This document shows, one piece after another, positions 47,581-63,550 of a DNA stretch of 64,000 nucleotides. This stretch comes from Octopus vulgaris (taxonomy: Eukaryota): NCBI GenBank assembly GCA_951406725.2, contig OX597819.1:110608001-110672000 (forward strand), written 5' to 3'. The notes under the pieces are model-generated. The model searched no databases, was not told the DNA's origin, and worked only from the letters and a program-made list of their open reading frames with translations. The stretch's first letter is position 1. Each line of letters starts with the position of its first letter. A program made the translations under genes and the position numbers.

Positions 47581-48498
47581 CATGTTCATAGTAACATGTA
47601 TGTTTGTTTATACATATGTACATATGCTAATATCATCGCTATATTAGTGGATAAATATTCTTTACTTTTGGGTTAACAAGGCTACCAATGGTTTCATGCA
47701 GTTCAGATCTTCCCAGTTGTCCAAACATGCCACGTGAAATTGCGACCCCGAAAGGATGAAAGGCAAAGACGACCTCGGCGGAATTTGAACTCAGAACATA
47801 AAGACAGACGAAATACTATTAAACCCGGTGTGCTAACATTTCTGCCTGCTCACCACCTTGTGAACACCGTCTATATTGATACACAGAAGCATACGCATAT
47901 ACATTCAAACACATTCATACATTGTACGCAAATGTACAACGAGACTCATGAACAGTTACATAGATACACACACACATACACACACACATACACACATACA
48001 CACATACACACACACACACACGAATACATTTATAACAGAGAATACATATCTATATATATGATATTTAGAAATCAATAACCAGAATTTTTTACTCAAAATA
48101 CACATATATATGTATTTGCATTTATACGCAAACACAGATGTATACACAGAACACATAAACGCACACATGTACATGTATAGGTACATACTTATATACATAC
48201 ATACATATGCGCATAAATACAGTCATACATACATACACATATACATACATACATACATACATACATGCATATATACATATACATATGTATTTGTGCATGC
48301 CTGCATATGTACACAAGTATATGTGTTTCTATATACGCATACATGTATATATACACGCTCATGCATAAATATATATACATATAAACATACATTCATCTCT
48401 AACACATGTATACACACTTTCATGGATAGATTTACAAATATATACAAACAACTAATTTTTTCTGCTCATAAACGCATACTACATATACAACGAAAAAT

Positions 48499-48555
<57 letters not shown>

Positions 48556-49255
48556 TGCACACACACTCACAAAATATGAATATATAAATATGTTCATACA
48601 TTCACATGTACGTACATATGTTTGTATCTATCTTCATATTGCATGCAAATATACGTATGATCACACCATTCCATACGCACATGCGCACACACAACCAATC
48701 ACCTACAATTAAGTAAGCATCGCACATATATCAAGCTAAACAGGAAAATATTTCTCTTCCTCGATACAAAAATGGCGGAAAATTGTATGGCTTAATATTC
48801 TCTCTCTTCGATTTCTCTGTTTGTTTTCCTGTCTGTGTGTTCGTATATTTATTTATTTATTTGTCTATTTGTTTGTCTATTGATGCCAATATTTTAGACT
48901 CTTTGTATATCTCTCTACACACACACAAACACACACACATGTGGTGTGTGTATGTGTATATATATGTATGTATGTATGTATGTATGAACACACTAATTTT
49001 TTTCGTGTCAGCAGTATGGTTCGAATAATCAATAAAATTCATATAATGATCAATCGTTTTATCGTTGTTGTTAATATTAACTTCATCATCATCATAATCA
49101 TCATCGTCGCCACTATTATTATTATTATTATTATTATTATTGGTGTTGTTGTTGTTGTTATTGCTATTATTGCTATCATTTTTCTCTCATTATTCATTTC
49201 TGTTTGTTTTTCTCAAAAAATCTTATATATATATATACATATACATACACACACG

Positions 49256-49342
<87 letters not shown>

Positions 49343-50471
49343 CATATATATATAGACTGTTTTGCGATATTAATGTATGAATAATCACCAAATATTGACT
49401 GGCTTTGAATGAGCCGCTATATCATGTGACCATCAAGCAATCGATATTCCATCGAAGCCTGTAAACAAAATGGCGCTTTTTCTCCAACAAACATCGTCAC
49501 CCATTTTTCATTTCGCTCCATTCCTATATTCTTTTTTCTGTTTTGTTTTTACCGCCCCTCTTCCTTCCACCTTTTCTATTTCTCGTTTACTGTCGTTCAC
49601 AAACACATATTTATTTACCGCTTCTCCCCCCTCTCTCTCTCTCTCATACGCACGTTTTCTGTCACACACACACACACGTATACACTCAAATAAACACACG
49701 CATACGCATATATATATTCACATCTTTTTCTCTCTAGTACAATCGTTCTCTCTTTCTTTTCTACTCTCACCTTCACTCAAATATATACAGTTTCTCTTGC
49801 TCTTTCCTAGGCTCTTACACACACACACACATACACATGCACACACACACAAACACATACACACATACACCCACACATACACACAGAGAAACAAACATAC
49901 TTTCTTTCAAACACTCGCTTCACACACCCTCTCATTTCTCTCTCGCACACATACATTCGCTTTCTCTCTTTCTCTCTCTCTCTCTGCTTTCCATCATACT
50001 TCCGTCTCTCTCTATATTTCACTCCCACCATCTTCTCTCTCCCCTTCTCCCCTCCTTCTCGCTTCTCTTCTTCCCCTCTTTCACTCTCCCCCTCTCTTTC
50101 CCCCCTCTCTCTCACACCATTTCTTTCATTCATATTTTTAAAAAATTATTTTCAATAATTGTTCTTTTGAATCTTCATCCTTAAATGCTGATATCGTTGT
50201 TGTTCCTGCTCTTATTGCCCCTCCTCTTATTATTGTTATTGTTGTTGTTGTAATTAATGAGGTTGACAATATGGAAGTTTTGTTTCTTGTTGTTGCTCTT
50301 ACTGTCGATATTTTGCTGTTGTTGTTTTGGTTAGTGCTGTTGTTGTTGTTGTTACTGCTGTTGTTTAGCTCGCGCAATAAATCCTCTTTTCTCTCCTGTT
50401 TTCTCTCTGATTTTTTCCTTGGTTCTTGTCTTTCACATTGTTGCTGTTGTTAAATATTCTGATATTTATTC

Positions 50472-50514
<43 letters not shown>

Positions 50515-50784
50515 TATTCTATTATTCTAATATGCTTCTACTTTGCTGTTGTTGCTGTTGCTATTGTTGATGGTGGTGGTGCTGCTGTTGCAGAATGATT
50601 ATCATCATTTCTGTTGGTGTATTAATGGCTACGTTCTGATTTCAAATCCCGCTGACGTCAAATTTGACTTCCATACATCCGGTGTTTGCTAAAGTAGAAT
50701 GCTTGACATATAATGAAGTCGATGTCGTCTTCTTCTTCTTCTACTTCTTCTTCTTCTCATCATCATCACCATCTTTATTACTAT

Positions 50785-51228
50785 TGGTTTCAAATTTTGG
50801 CACCAGGCCAGAAATTTCGAAGAGGCTATAAGTCCCTTACATCAACCTCAATTCTCAACAAGTATTCATTTCATTGACTCCGAAAGGGCAAAATGCAAAG
50901 TTGGCCTCGGCGGAATTTGAACTCCGCTAGGCATTTTGCCCGACGTGTTAACGATTCTGCCAGCTCGCCGCCTTTATCGTTATAATTATTATTATTATTA
51001 TTTAAGTTATTGAAGGCAGGGAGCTGGCAGAATCGTTAGCATGCTGGACGAAATTCTTACCGGTATTTCGCCTGTCACTGCGTTCTGAGTTCAAATTCTG
51101 CCGCGGTCGACTTTGTCTTTCATCCTTTCGGGGTCAATTAAATAAGTACCAGGTACTGACTGGGGTCGATGTAATCGACCTAATCCGTTCTCCCAAACTG
51201 CAGACCTTGTGCTTACCGTAGAAAGTAT
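50785..51228. mobile_element. Two head-to-head SINE B monomers (50785-50973 minus; 51013-51228 plus)
   Basis: Both carry the gagctggcagaatcgtta head and Meta-like core; separated by (ATT)n. Confidence 0.85.
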
Positions 51229-51442
51229 TACTGTTGTTTTGTTTTATAAATGCTTTTCCAGGTTTCACTCAGAAACTACACGCAGATGTACAACGAGACA
51301 CATGAACAGTTACACACACACATACACACGTCTGTCACTTTAGTATGGGCGTTATTAATGATTAGCAATGATACAGCGTATGACAAAACGGTTATAATCT
51401 GAAAATCAAGTTTCATTTAACTCTGTAATATTTCAGTTTTGA

Positions 51443-52051
51443 AGGCGGCAAGCTGGCAGAAACGCTAGCGCGCCGGGCGAAATGCTTAGCGGTATGTCGT
51501 TAAGTTCTGAGTTCAAATTCCACCGAGGTCAACTTTGCCTTTCATCCTTTCGGTGACGATTAAATAAGTATTAGTTACGCATTGGGGTCGATATAATTGA
51601 CTTAATCCGTTTGTTTGTGCTTGTTTGTCCTCTCTATGTTTAGCTCCTCGTGAGTAGTTAAGAAATAGGCATTTCGTCTGCCGCTACGTTTCGAGTTCAG
51701 ATTCCGCCGAGGTCGACTTTGCCTTTCATCCTTTCGGAGTCGATTAAATAAGTACCAGTTACGCACTGGGGTCGATATAATCGACTTAATCCCTTTGTCT
51801 GTCCTTGTTTGTCCCCTCTATGTTTAGCCCCTTGTGGGCAATAAAGAAATAAGAAACGTTAGCGCGCCGGGCGAAGTGCTTAGCGCTATTTCGTCTGTCT
51901 TTGTGTTCTGAACTCAAATTTCGCCGAGATCGGCTTTGCCTTTCATCCTCTCGGGGTCGATAAATTAAGTACCAGTTGCGTACTGGGTTCGATCTAATCG
52001 ACTGCTCCCCTCCTCCAAAATTTAGGGCCTTATGCCAAGAGTAGAAAATAA
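51443..52051 (+). mobile_element. Trimeric SINE family B with 12-bp TSD
   Basis: Three cores; tttcagttttga at 51431-51442 and 52054-52065. Confidence 0.9.
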
Positions 52052-52355
52052 TTTTTCAGTTTTGATAGAATTTTAAGAGAATAAGGTGTTTTCAAGCTGA
52101 CAATGTCTTCTTAGGATGTGGACAATACCTATGTGAAACATTTTCTGTAGTTTTATTGCGTTAGTATTTCCTGGTTTTTGGCCACAGCGTTTAAGAGTAC
52201 ATTTTGGTATTATCCACCAAAGCTCCGAAAATTACTGGTAGAGTTATTCTAAGAAGTCCCATTCTTTGAGACCTTTATTTCAAGGTCCTTACATCTCTTT
52301 ACTCAAAGACAGACACACAAAAAAAAAAAAAATAGAACAGAAGACATTTCATGAA

Positions 52356-52757
52356 TTTACTCTTTTACTTGTTTGAGTCATTTGACAGCGGCCATGCTGG
52401 AGCACCGCCTTTAGTCGAGCAAATCGACCCCAGGACTTATTCTTTGTAAGCCTAGTACTTATTCTATCGGTCTCTTTTGCCGAACCGCTACGTCACGGGG
52501 ACGCAAACACACCAGCATCGGTTGTCAAGCGAGGTTGGGTGACAAACACAGACACACAAACACACACAAGCAAATATATACATATAAATATATACGACGT
52601 GCTTCTTTCAGTTTCCGTCTACCAAATCCACTCACAAGGCCTTGGTCGTCCGAAGGCTATAATAGAAAACACTTGCCCAAAGTGTCACGCAGTGGGACTG
52701 AACCCGGAACCATGTGGTTGTTAAGCAAGCTACTTACCACAGCCACTCCTGCGCCTA
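52356..52757 (-). mobile_element. SINE family A, full length
   Basis: Complete head, core and tail, highly similar to 59934-60339. Confidence 0.92.
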
Positions 52758-52799
52758 GTTAGTTTTCCAAATAATTTTAGAGAAGTGTTGCAGCAGAAA

Positions 52800-53590
<791 letters not shown>

Positions 53591-53956
53591 GCTGTTATTA
53601 CTTTCTTGTTTTTTTTTTTATAGTTATTTCTGCTACTGTTGTTATTAGTGAAAATATTGCGATGATTGTTCTTCTTATTAACGTTGCTGTTATTATTGTA
53701 GTTGTACTTGATGTAGTAGTAGTTGTATTTGTTTTTGTTTGTTTGTGTAGTTGTTGTTATTGCTGTTGTTGTTGTATTAGCTGTAGGTATTGCAATTTTT
53801 GTTTTAGTATTCCTTCCCTTTGATGTCTTTGATGTTGCTGTCGCTGTTATTATTGTTTTCGCTGTCACTGCTACAGTGGTTGTTGTTGTAGTTGTTGTTG
53901 TTCATAATATTGTTCGTTTGTTGTTACTCACATTACTGCCGGGACTCTCTATCTCT

Positions 53957-54443
<487 letters not shown>

Positions 54444-55058
54444 AATTTACCCCTATTTTTCGGTAATTCTGTTGGTGTTGTGGTCATTATTGTCCACGTC
54501 GTTGTCATCGTTGTAGATATTTTCATTGTTGGTGCTGTTATTGTTGGCGTAGCTTCTGCTGCTTTCGGTTTCACACTTCTTTGTCATTAGTGATCATTGC
54601 TGTTGTCGATATTCTTGATATTGTAGGTATCATAGCTTTCCTTATTGCTGTTTCTACGTCACATATTACAGACTTTTTTGTTGAATAATGATGTTGTTTG
54701 TTCTTGTTATCGTTTCTGTTGTATGTTGTTTATCATTTGTTATTACTGGAGTTGATTTGCCCCAGACCAGCCATAACTAAGCATACACATGATCAAAGTC
54801 ATTCAAAGAATGAACACCTAATCGATTTTGGGGCGATGTTGTGTGATATGAGGGAAATTTGGTTGGTATTTCTAGCAGGTATAAAGAACAAACATAGACG
54901 CTTTCTTTGTGCCCTACATGTCGTTCTTGTGATGTCGTGGGGGTCGCTGCATTTTTGTATATATGATCTTGCATGTGTATGTGTGAGAGGATTGAAAGTC
55001 ATTCTAGTTGCTCATTCACATTTAACATACACTTAACATTCACATACACTTAACTTAC

Positions 55059-55468
55059 ATAGGCGCAGGAGTGACTGTGTGGTAAGTAGCTTGCTTACCA
55101 ACCACATAGTTCCGGGTTCAGTCCCACTGCGTGGCACCTTGGGCAAGTGTCTACTACCATAGCCTCGAGCCGCCCAAAACCTTGTGAGTGGATTTGGTAG
55201 ATGGAAACTGAAAAAAGCCCGTCGTATATATGTATATATATATATATCTGTGTGTATTTGTGTTTGTCACCCCAATATCGCTTGACAAGAGATGCTGGTG
55301 TGTTTACGTCCCCATAACTTAGCGTTTGGCAAAAGAGACCGAAAAATAAGTACTAGGCTTTCAAAGAATAAGTTCTAGGGTCGATTTGCTCGACTAAAGG
55401 CGGTGCTCCAGCATGGCCGCAGTCAAATGAGTGAAACAACTAAAAGAGAGTAAAAAAGTAAAGAGAGT
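55059..55468 (+). mobile_element. SINE family A, full length
   Basis: A-box-like tgactgtgtgg, B-box ggttcagtcc, ccttgggcaagtg box, (GAGTAAAA)-like tail. Confidence 0.92.
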
Positions 55469-55820
55469 ATACAGCACACACAAATGTGTGTACGTGCGTG
55501 CGTGTATGTGCGTGTGTGTGTCTGTGCCTGTGTATGTGCGCGCGCGTGTTTACACATATGTATCGATGTTACGAACGTTTCTTAAAACAAACGTCGATTA
55601 TTGCATATCACTTATAAAGTTACGCACTACATACAATATATGCGACAAAGCACGCACGCACACACATATACACACACATACACACACACACGTACATGTA
55701 TATAAGAAAACAAAAGTCTTTCTCGAATCTTAGGCTCATAGTCTGTTTTCCCGGACTCTGGTGTATATATTCTCCGGTGTATATATTCCCCACATGCCGG
55801 TCCGTAGAAGTAGACACACG

Positions 55821-55898
<78 letters not shown>

Positions 55899-55959
55899 AC
55901 CACCACCACCACCACAAACACACCGCCATGCAGGACCGCTGAAATCTACATGTCTTTTT

Positions 55960-56090
55960 CATTCTCTGTTTACTTTTCTGTTGAAGAGCATAGGTTCGAA
56001 ATGTAAAAGACTCATTGATTTTTCACGAGTGTCAAACTAATAAATTTGTTTGTTTTTCATACACCTGTCTTTTGTTTTTCTATGAATTTA
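55960..56090 (+). mobile_element. Family H1 hammerhead-like element, diverged
   Basis: tttt-CTGTTGA-a-gagc(atag)gttc-GAAAT-GTA-aaag. Confidence 0.6.
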
Positions 56091-56275
56091 TATATATATA
56101 TATAATACATATAAGATAAATGAGCACTAGGTGGATTCTTAATATGCTAAATGTAGATCCCATATGGTCTGATACGTATTCTATTGAGGTCTTTAGCCGA
56201 ACCGCTAACACAAATACCAGCACAAACACGTACACACACACACATACACACACAGTCACACACACAGTACACACA

Positions 56276-56338
<63 letters not shown>

Positions 56339-56350
56339 AATTACACGGCT

Positions 56351-56890
56351 ATAGGCGCAGGAGTGGCTGTCTGGTAAGCAGCTTGCTTACCAATTACATG
56401 GTTCCGGGCTCAGTCCCACTGCGTGGCAGCTTGGGCAAGTATATTCTATTATTGCTCCGAGTTGATCAAAGCTGAGTGGATGAGGTAGATGGAAACTGAA
56501 AGAAGCCCGTCGTATATATATATATGTTTGTGTGTCTGTGTTTATAGCCCCACCGTTGCTTGGCCAGTGTTGTTATGTTTACGTCCCCGTACCTTAGCGG
56601 TTCGGAAAAAGTGACCGATAGAATAAGTACTAGGCTTACAAAGAAAGTCCTGAGGTCCATTTGTTCGACTAAAGACGGTGCTCTAGTATGGCCGCAGTCA
56701 AATAACTTAAGCAAATGAAAGAATAAAAGAACATATACGAGGGATTTCTTACAGTTTCCCTTAACCAAATCCGCCCAGGAAGTTTTTATCAACCTCAGGT
56801 TGTAGTAGAAGAGACTTGTTCAAGACCGCATGCTGTAGGACGAAACTGGAACCATGTGGTTCGGGAGCGGATTTCTTACTACAGCCACGT
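56351..56890. mobile_element. SINE A (56351-56730 plus) abutting an old SINE A 5' half (56736-56890 minus)
   Basis: Alignment by eye to other family A copies. Confidence 0.8.
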
Positions 56891-57325
56891 CTATCCTTAT
56901 ATATACATATATATACATTTGCACTCGAGATACATCTAGCTTTTACATGCATGCATATATACCTACGTAATTCATACGCACATACATGTATACTTACATA
57001 CATACACATATGCGTATATACATACATAACTACATTTATAACGTGACTGTATATACACGAGTATGTATATACAATGCGCATAGGTGAATGTGTGTAGAAA
57101 TATATATGTATAGTCATGTCCAAATTATAGATTAAATATGTGTTCATAGCTACACATACATAGACACATTCACACATATACATAATACATAAACATATAC
57201 TATATACATGTGCCTATGCATGTATTCTGCATATGTAACGGTAAATATGAGACAGAAATACTCCAATGTGTGTGTGTGTGTGTATGTATATGTATATATG
57301 TATATATATATATGTGTGTGTGTAC

Positions 57326-57356
<31 letters not shown>

Positions 57357-57521
57357 TGCATGTATGTATGTATGTATGTATATATACTATCTTAATGTAT
57401 ATATACTATCTTAATTTAGATAAGATACGAAGTAGAGCTTGAGGTGGAGGAATGTAAAATAGATGTGAGATATGCAGGGATATTGTATTTGTACAATATC
57501 CCTGCATATATATATATATAA

Positions 57522-57560
<39 letters not shown>

Positions 57561-57576
57561 TAGATAGATAGATAGA

Positions 57577-57610
<34 letters not shown>

Positions 57611-57689
57611 CACATATTATGTATGTATGTATATATGCATGCACATTCGCCATGCTTGACCGCTGATATCTGAAAGTTGTTTTCGTACC

Positions 57690-57836
57690 CTCTCTGTTTA
57701 TTTTCTCTTATTCCTTTCTGTTGAAGAGCGTAGGCTCGGAACGTAAAAGAGTTTCTCACTAACCCGAACGTCAAACTAATACGCCTTCTTGTTGTTCATA
57801 TACCTGCCTTCATCTTTCATTTTTCTATAAATTTCA

Positions 57837-57840
<4 letters not shown>
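57690..57840 (+). mobile_element. Family H1 hammerhead-like element, diverged
   Basis: cttt-CTGTTGA-a-gagc(gtag)gctc-GGAAC-GTA-aaag, then (TA)n. Confidence 0.62.
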
Positions 57841-57888
<48 letters not shown>

Positions 57889-57896
57889 AATATAAT

Positions 57897-58100
57897 ATGT
57901 GACAATTATTCGGTAGTCATGAGAAAACTCCGAGTTTCGGATGTCGGGGCAGAAGCCCACGGCGGCATCTCTTCAGTTTCTGCCCCGACACCTGAAACTC
58001 AGAGTTTTATCATGGCTACATATATTTACAGATAAATTTCTCTATTTACATACTATCGAGGTCTCTTTCATTCTTTCGTTGTCTTGCCATTCTATCAATA
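57897..58100. mobile_element. Fold-back short element with hammerhead-like motif, in (TA)n
   Basis: Imperfect ~42-bp arms 57913-57954 / 57978-58019; minus strand reads CTGAAGA-gatgccg...cgacatc-c-GAAAC-tcgga-GTT; end motif gtgacaattattcggt recurs near 58149. Confidence 0.65.
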
Positions 58101-58161
58101 TAATATAATATAATATAGTATAATATATATATATATATATATATATATGTGACAATTATTC

Positions 58162-58204
<43 letters not shown>

Positions 58205-58274
58205 ATATATATATATGCATATATGTGTATATATATTCGTATATATATGTATTTATTGATATATATTCATACGC

Positions 58275-58318
<44 letters not shown>

Positions 58319-58714
58319 TTACACACTATATAGATAGATAGATAGATAGACACATAGAGGTAGCTAGCTAGATAGACAGACAGATATAATAGCTATATAG
58401 ATAGGCAGCTAGCTAGATAGAGAGATACGTTAACGTACTCTGTTCTATGTTGCAATAAACAGCTATAACCTTCCACATAACAATCCACAAAAACGCCTCC
58501 TTTCCCACTGACACTATCGCTGTCACCAGAACTACCATCGTCACCACCAACACAACCAATACCCCCACTACCATCATTTTCACCCCCACCCCCCACGCAG
58601 CATGTTTTCTTAATTCTGACGTTATTGGTAATAAAACAGTCAAGAAATCGATTTATTGCTATTGAGACTCATCCATTTAAACATACATATTTATATATAT
58701 GTACATACGTATAG

Positions 58715-58745
<31 letters not shown>

Positions 58746-58932
58746 TTTGTGTGTATGTCTATCCATATATGTATAGATACATATATACACATATTATTTA
58801 GCTAGTTATTTATGTAGCTGATAGAAAGATAAATAGATAGATGATTTTATATATATATATATATGAATTTTTTTCCTTACTGAGATAAAAAAAAAACCAA
58901 GGCTGTGTAGATTTTAGAACATTTATAAATAG

Positions 58933-58978
58933 GTCTTACAGCTGTTTCTAGGATATTTTTTATCCCTTCATCGGAGAC
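58933..58978 (-). ncRNA. Type I hammerhead motif (U4 replaced by C) within a short element ~58865-59105
   Basis: gtct-CCGATGA-ag-ggata(aaaaa)tatcc-ta-GAAAC-agct-GTA-agac; palindromic ACAGCTGT helix III. Confidence 0.62.
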
Positions 58979-59111
58979 GGTGTGAGAAGATGGTTAAGCA
59001 ATAGTTAATTTAGATAAGATACGAAGTAGAGCGTAAGGTGGAGGAATGTAAAATAGATGTGAGATATGCAGGGATATTGTATTTGTACAATATCCTGCAT
59101 ATACATATATA

Positions 59112-59233
<122 letters not shown>

Positions 59234-59254
59234 CACACAGACGGACAGAGTATG

Positions 59255-59286
<32 letters not shown>

Positions 59287-59290
59287 TATG

Positions 59291-59378
<88 letters not shown>

Positions 59379-59933
59379 TGGAGATGGATGGATGGATGGA
59401 TTACAAGCATAATACTTTGCAATTATGACGAAAATTTCCGTTTTGTGCAAATCAATTGGCTGATATTCCAATGTAAGCGAAAAGAATTAGGTTCAGTGCA
59501 ATAATATAACACTATACTGTTACAGTTACGGCAGAGAACTACATATTGAAATAGATAATGTATTATATACGTCTTTGGACATGATTATCAGCCTACCAAT
59601 CAAAAAGTCATAAAAATATACGGACACGTGATACCTCATCAACAGAGCGCCAAGGAAGTCATGTGAAACATACTGTTTATAAGCAAATGTGATGGAGAAA
59701 TCGGTGCTGCTTGGAAGCAGCTGTAGCACGGTGATCAAAAATTCAAAATACGCTCGATCTCGCAAGAATTTTTGAATTTCCAAAATTCTTATAAAAACTG
59801 GAATTTAAAATCTACTTAGATAAACGAGATGATGTTGTAAGTATATGAATATATACTCCGCAGGTCCGACTATTAAATACGAATATATTTCAATTCTGCA
59901 TATCGATCAGCGAAGAATTCAAAAGAAATATAT

Positions 59934-60339
59934 ATAGGCACAGGAGTGGCTGTGTGGTAAGTAGCTTGCTAACGAACCACATGGTTCCGGGTTCAGTCCC
60001 ACTGCGTGGCATCTTGGGCAAGTGTCTTCTGCTATAGCCCCGGGCCGACCAATGCCTTGTGAGTGAATTTGGTAGACGGAAACTGAAAGAAGCCTGTCGT
60101 ATATATGTATATATATATATGTATGTGTGTGTGTTTGTGTGTCAGTGTTTGTTCCCCTAGCATTGCTTGACAACCGATGGTGGTGTGTTTACGTCCCCGT
60201 CACTTAGCGGTTCGGCAAAAAGAGACCGATAGAATAAGTACTAGGCTTACACAAAGAATAAGTCCCGGGGTCGAGTTGCTCGACTAAAGGCGGTGCTCCA
60301 GCATGGCCGCAGTCAAATGACTGAAACAAGTAAAAGAGT
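59934..60339 (+). mobile_element. SINE family A, full length, little diverged
   Basis: Complete head (tggctgtgtgg / ggttcagtcc), core, internal microsatellite and tail. Confidence 0.93.
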
Positions 60340-60546
60340 GCCACCGGTTTGTGTAAGAGTAAAGACTGCCATATATATATATATATATATATATAAATAT
60401 CAATTTATTAAGCATTGTATATTGGCATAATGATATATAAATATAGCTAAAACAAAGGAGTACTTGCTAGGAAGTTCAAACTTTATATAGAGTCAGGCGC
60501 AATTTTTAGATAATTCAAACTTTCTATTAAGCCAGGCATAATTTTT

Positions 60547-60992
60547 CTACTCTTTTACTCTTTTGCTCTTTTACTTGTTTCTGTCATTTGACTGTAGCCA
60601 TGAAGGAGTACCGCCTTTAGTCGAGCAAATCGACCCCAGGACATATTCTTTGTAAGCCTAGTACTTATTCTATCGGTCTCTTTTGCCTAACCACTAAGTT
60701 ACGGGGACGTAAACACACCAGCATCGGTTGTCAAGTGATGTTGGGGGGACAAACACAGACACACAAACACACACATACACACACACATCACACACACACA
60801 CATACATACACACACATATATATATATACACGAGTTTCTTTCAGTTTCCATCTACCAAATCCACTCACAAAGCTTTGGTCGGCCCAAGGCTATAGCAGAA
60901 GACACTTGCCCAAGGTGTTACTCAGTAGGACTGAACTCGGAACCATGTAGTTGGTAAGCAAGCTACTTACCACACAGCCACTCCTACGCCTA
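60547..60992 (-). mobile_element. SINE family A, full length
   Basis: Reverse complement of the family structure with (GAGTAAAA)n tail. Confidence 0.92.
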
Positions 60993-61540
60993 TTTGTTCT
61001 TGTTGTTATTATTGACCATCAATAAAAAATTATAGCTTTATAAAATGATGAGGATTTCTAAGAAGAATGAAATAGATCTAAACATAAGTTCATTGACTTG
61101 ATATTTCAAGAATATCATGAAATATGTTATGATCATATTTCAACTAGTAAAGGATTTTCACTGCCGTTTACCAGTCATTTCACTGCGGCCACGCTGGGGC
61201 ATCATAATCAAGAACTTAAGTCGACGCCAGTGCTTATTTGTTTGTTTTTTTTTTTGTTTTTTCTTTCAAGCCTGGTACTTATTCTCTCGGTCTCTTTTGA
61301 CGAAACTCTAAGGAACAGGAGCCATAGATACACCAACACCAGTTGCAAGTGATAATGGGAGACAAACACAGACACACACACATACTGGCACACAGACACA
61401 CATACACACATATATAATGTACATTATATTAGAAACCATTTGATGAAGTACCAATATACGATACTCACGCGCCTAGGGCGACAGTTGACTTCAGCCGCTT
61501 AAAGAATGTGTGTGTGTGTGTGTGTATGTGTGTGTGTGTG

Positions 61541-61731
61541 TAATTATAACAAAAGATTGGTAATAAGCCTCTCCACTTGCTGTAAAAAAGACGCCAAATG
61601 ATGCCAAAACCACCTTTAAAATTCCGAAAAGACAAACTGTGTTTTTGGGATTTTTAAGGTGATTATAAGTGTCATTTGGCGTCAATTTTCAAATCGTAGA
61701 CAGGCTTATTACCAATACCTTGTTATAATTA
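61541..61731. repeat. Diverged ~190-bp fold-back inverted repeat
   Basis: taattataacaa / ttgttataatta, attggtaataagcct / aggcttattaccaat and gacgccaaatga / tcatttggcgtc pair symmetrically. Confidence 0.75.
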
Positions 61732-61791
61732 TATATATAATTATCAGTATAATATTTAGAAAATTTACTTAAGTCGACGCCAGTGCTTATT

Positions 61792-61937
61792 TGTGGTAAT
61801 TAGCTTGCTTACCAACCACATGGTTCCAAGTTCAGTCCCACTGCTTGGCACCGTGGGCGAGTGTCTTCTACTATAGCGTTGGGCCGACCGAAGCCTTGTG
61901 AGTGGATTTGGTAGACGGAAACTGAAATAACCAAGTC

Positions 61938-62001
<64 letters not shown>

Positions 62002-62196
62002 ATGTTTGTGTGTCTGTGTTTGTCCCCGCAACATCGCTTGACAGCCGACGGTGGTGTGTTTGCGGGCCCGTAACTGAGCGGTTCGGCAAAAGAGGCGGAT
62101 AGAATAAGTACTAGGCTTTTGCTCGATTAAAGGCGGTGCTCCAGCATGGCCGCAGCCAAATGACTGAAACATGTAAAAGAGTAAAAGAGTAAAGAG
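61792..62196 (+). mobile_element. SINE family A lacking its first ~18 nt
   Basis: Begins at tgtggtaattagcttgc; otherwise near complete with tail. Confidence 0.88.
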
Positions 62197-62354
62197 ATAT
62201 GGTTTTTATTTTCGTGCTGACCACCTCATAAAATCATGTATGATTTTATCCGTTGTCATATATGTGTATATATATATATACATACATATAAATATATATA
62301 TATATATATATATACATATATACACACACATATATATATATGAATGTATAACTA

Positions 62355-62415
<61 letters not shown>

Positions 62416-62474
62416 ATATATATATATAATATACAGACAGACATACATACATACACACACAAACACACACATGC

Positions 62475-62516
<42 letters not shown>

Positions 62517-62733
62517 TCAGGTTCTGACCTCTAATTTCCTGTTCCGGTTGCATTTGAATATTTTTCCACTACAAAGCATAATAGTAATATGTAGACGAAA
62601 AGATTCTATCAAATGTTTATGTGAGGTGTGTGTGTGTGTGTGTACATGTGCCTATATGACATATATTTGTGTATATATACGCACGCGCACACGCACATAC
62701 ACGCACCCATTCATACATACTCTCATACATACA

Positions 62734-62772
<39 letters not shown>

Positions 62773-62834
62773 GCTGTAGTGTGTACACATAAATCCGCAT
62801 GCGCAAATATGCCTGATTATAGACATATAAATAC

Positions 62835-62891
<57 letters not shown>

Positions 62892-62894
62892 TAG

Positions 62895-62925
<31 letters not shown>

Positions 62926-63038
62926 GATAGACGGAAAAGGTTAGAAAGAAAGAAAGAAAGAAGACAAGGGAGAAAGATAGAGAAATATACATATAAAGAA
63001 ACCTACCAACCCGCACATACACACATAAACAGATACAC

Positions 63039-63084
<46 letters not shown>

Positions 63085-63254
63085 CTACACTCACATACAC
63101 ACACATACACACATATGCAAGCATTAATGCCGCAACTAAATGGCTAAACTCGGAATAATTTTTAGAGAGTGTATAAGTCTTTGTACAACTATACGTCTAT
63201 GTACGTCTGTTTTTCTATATGTACGTGTGTATAGGAAAATATAGCACGGACTGC

Positions 63255-63291
<37 letters not shown>

Positions 63292-63467
63292 GTCTGTATG
63301 TGGATGTCTGTAAGTAAGCAAATTAGCCGATAGCTATATCTGGACTGCTTATTTATCCACTTGTTTGTGAAGATATAAACCAAATCGGTTGCAAAATCCG
63401 ATATATTTGTACAATAGAGCGCTCATAAAAACAACAGCCGACAGGGTAGATATACTGTCTACACACA

Positions 63468-63550
<83 letters not shown>

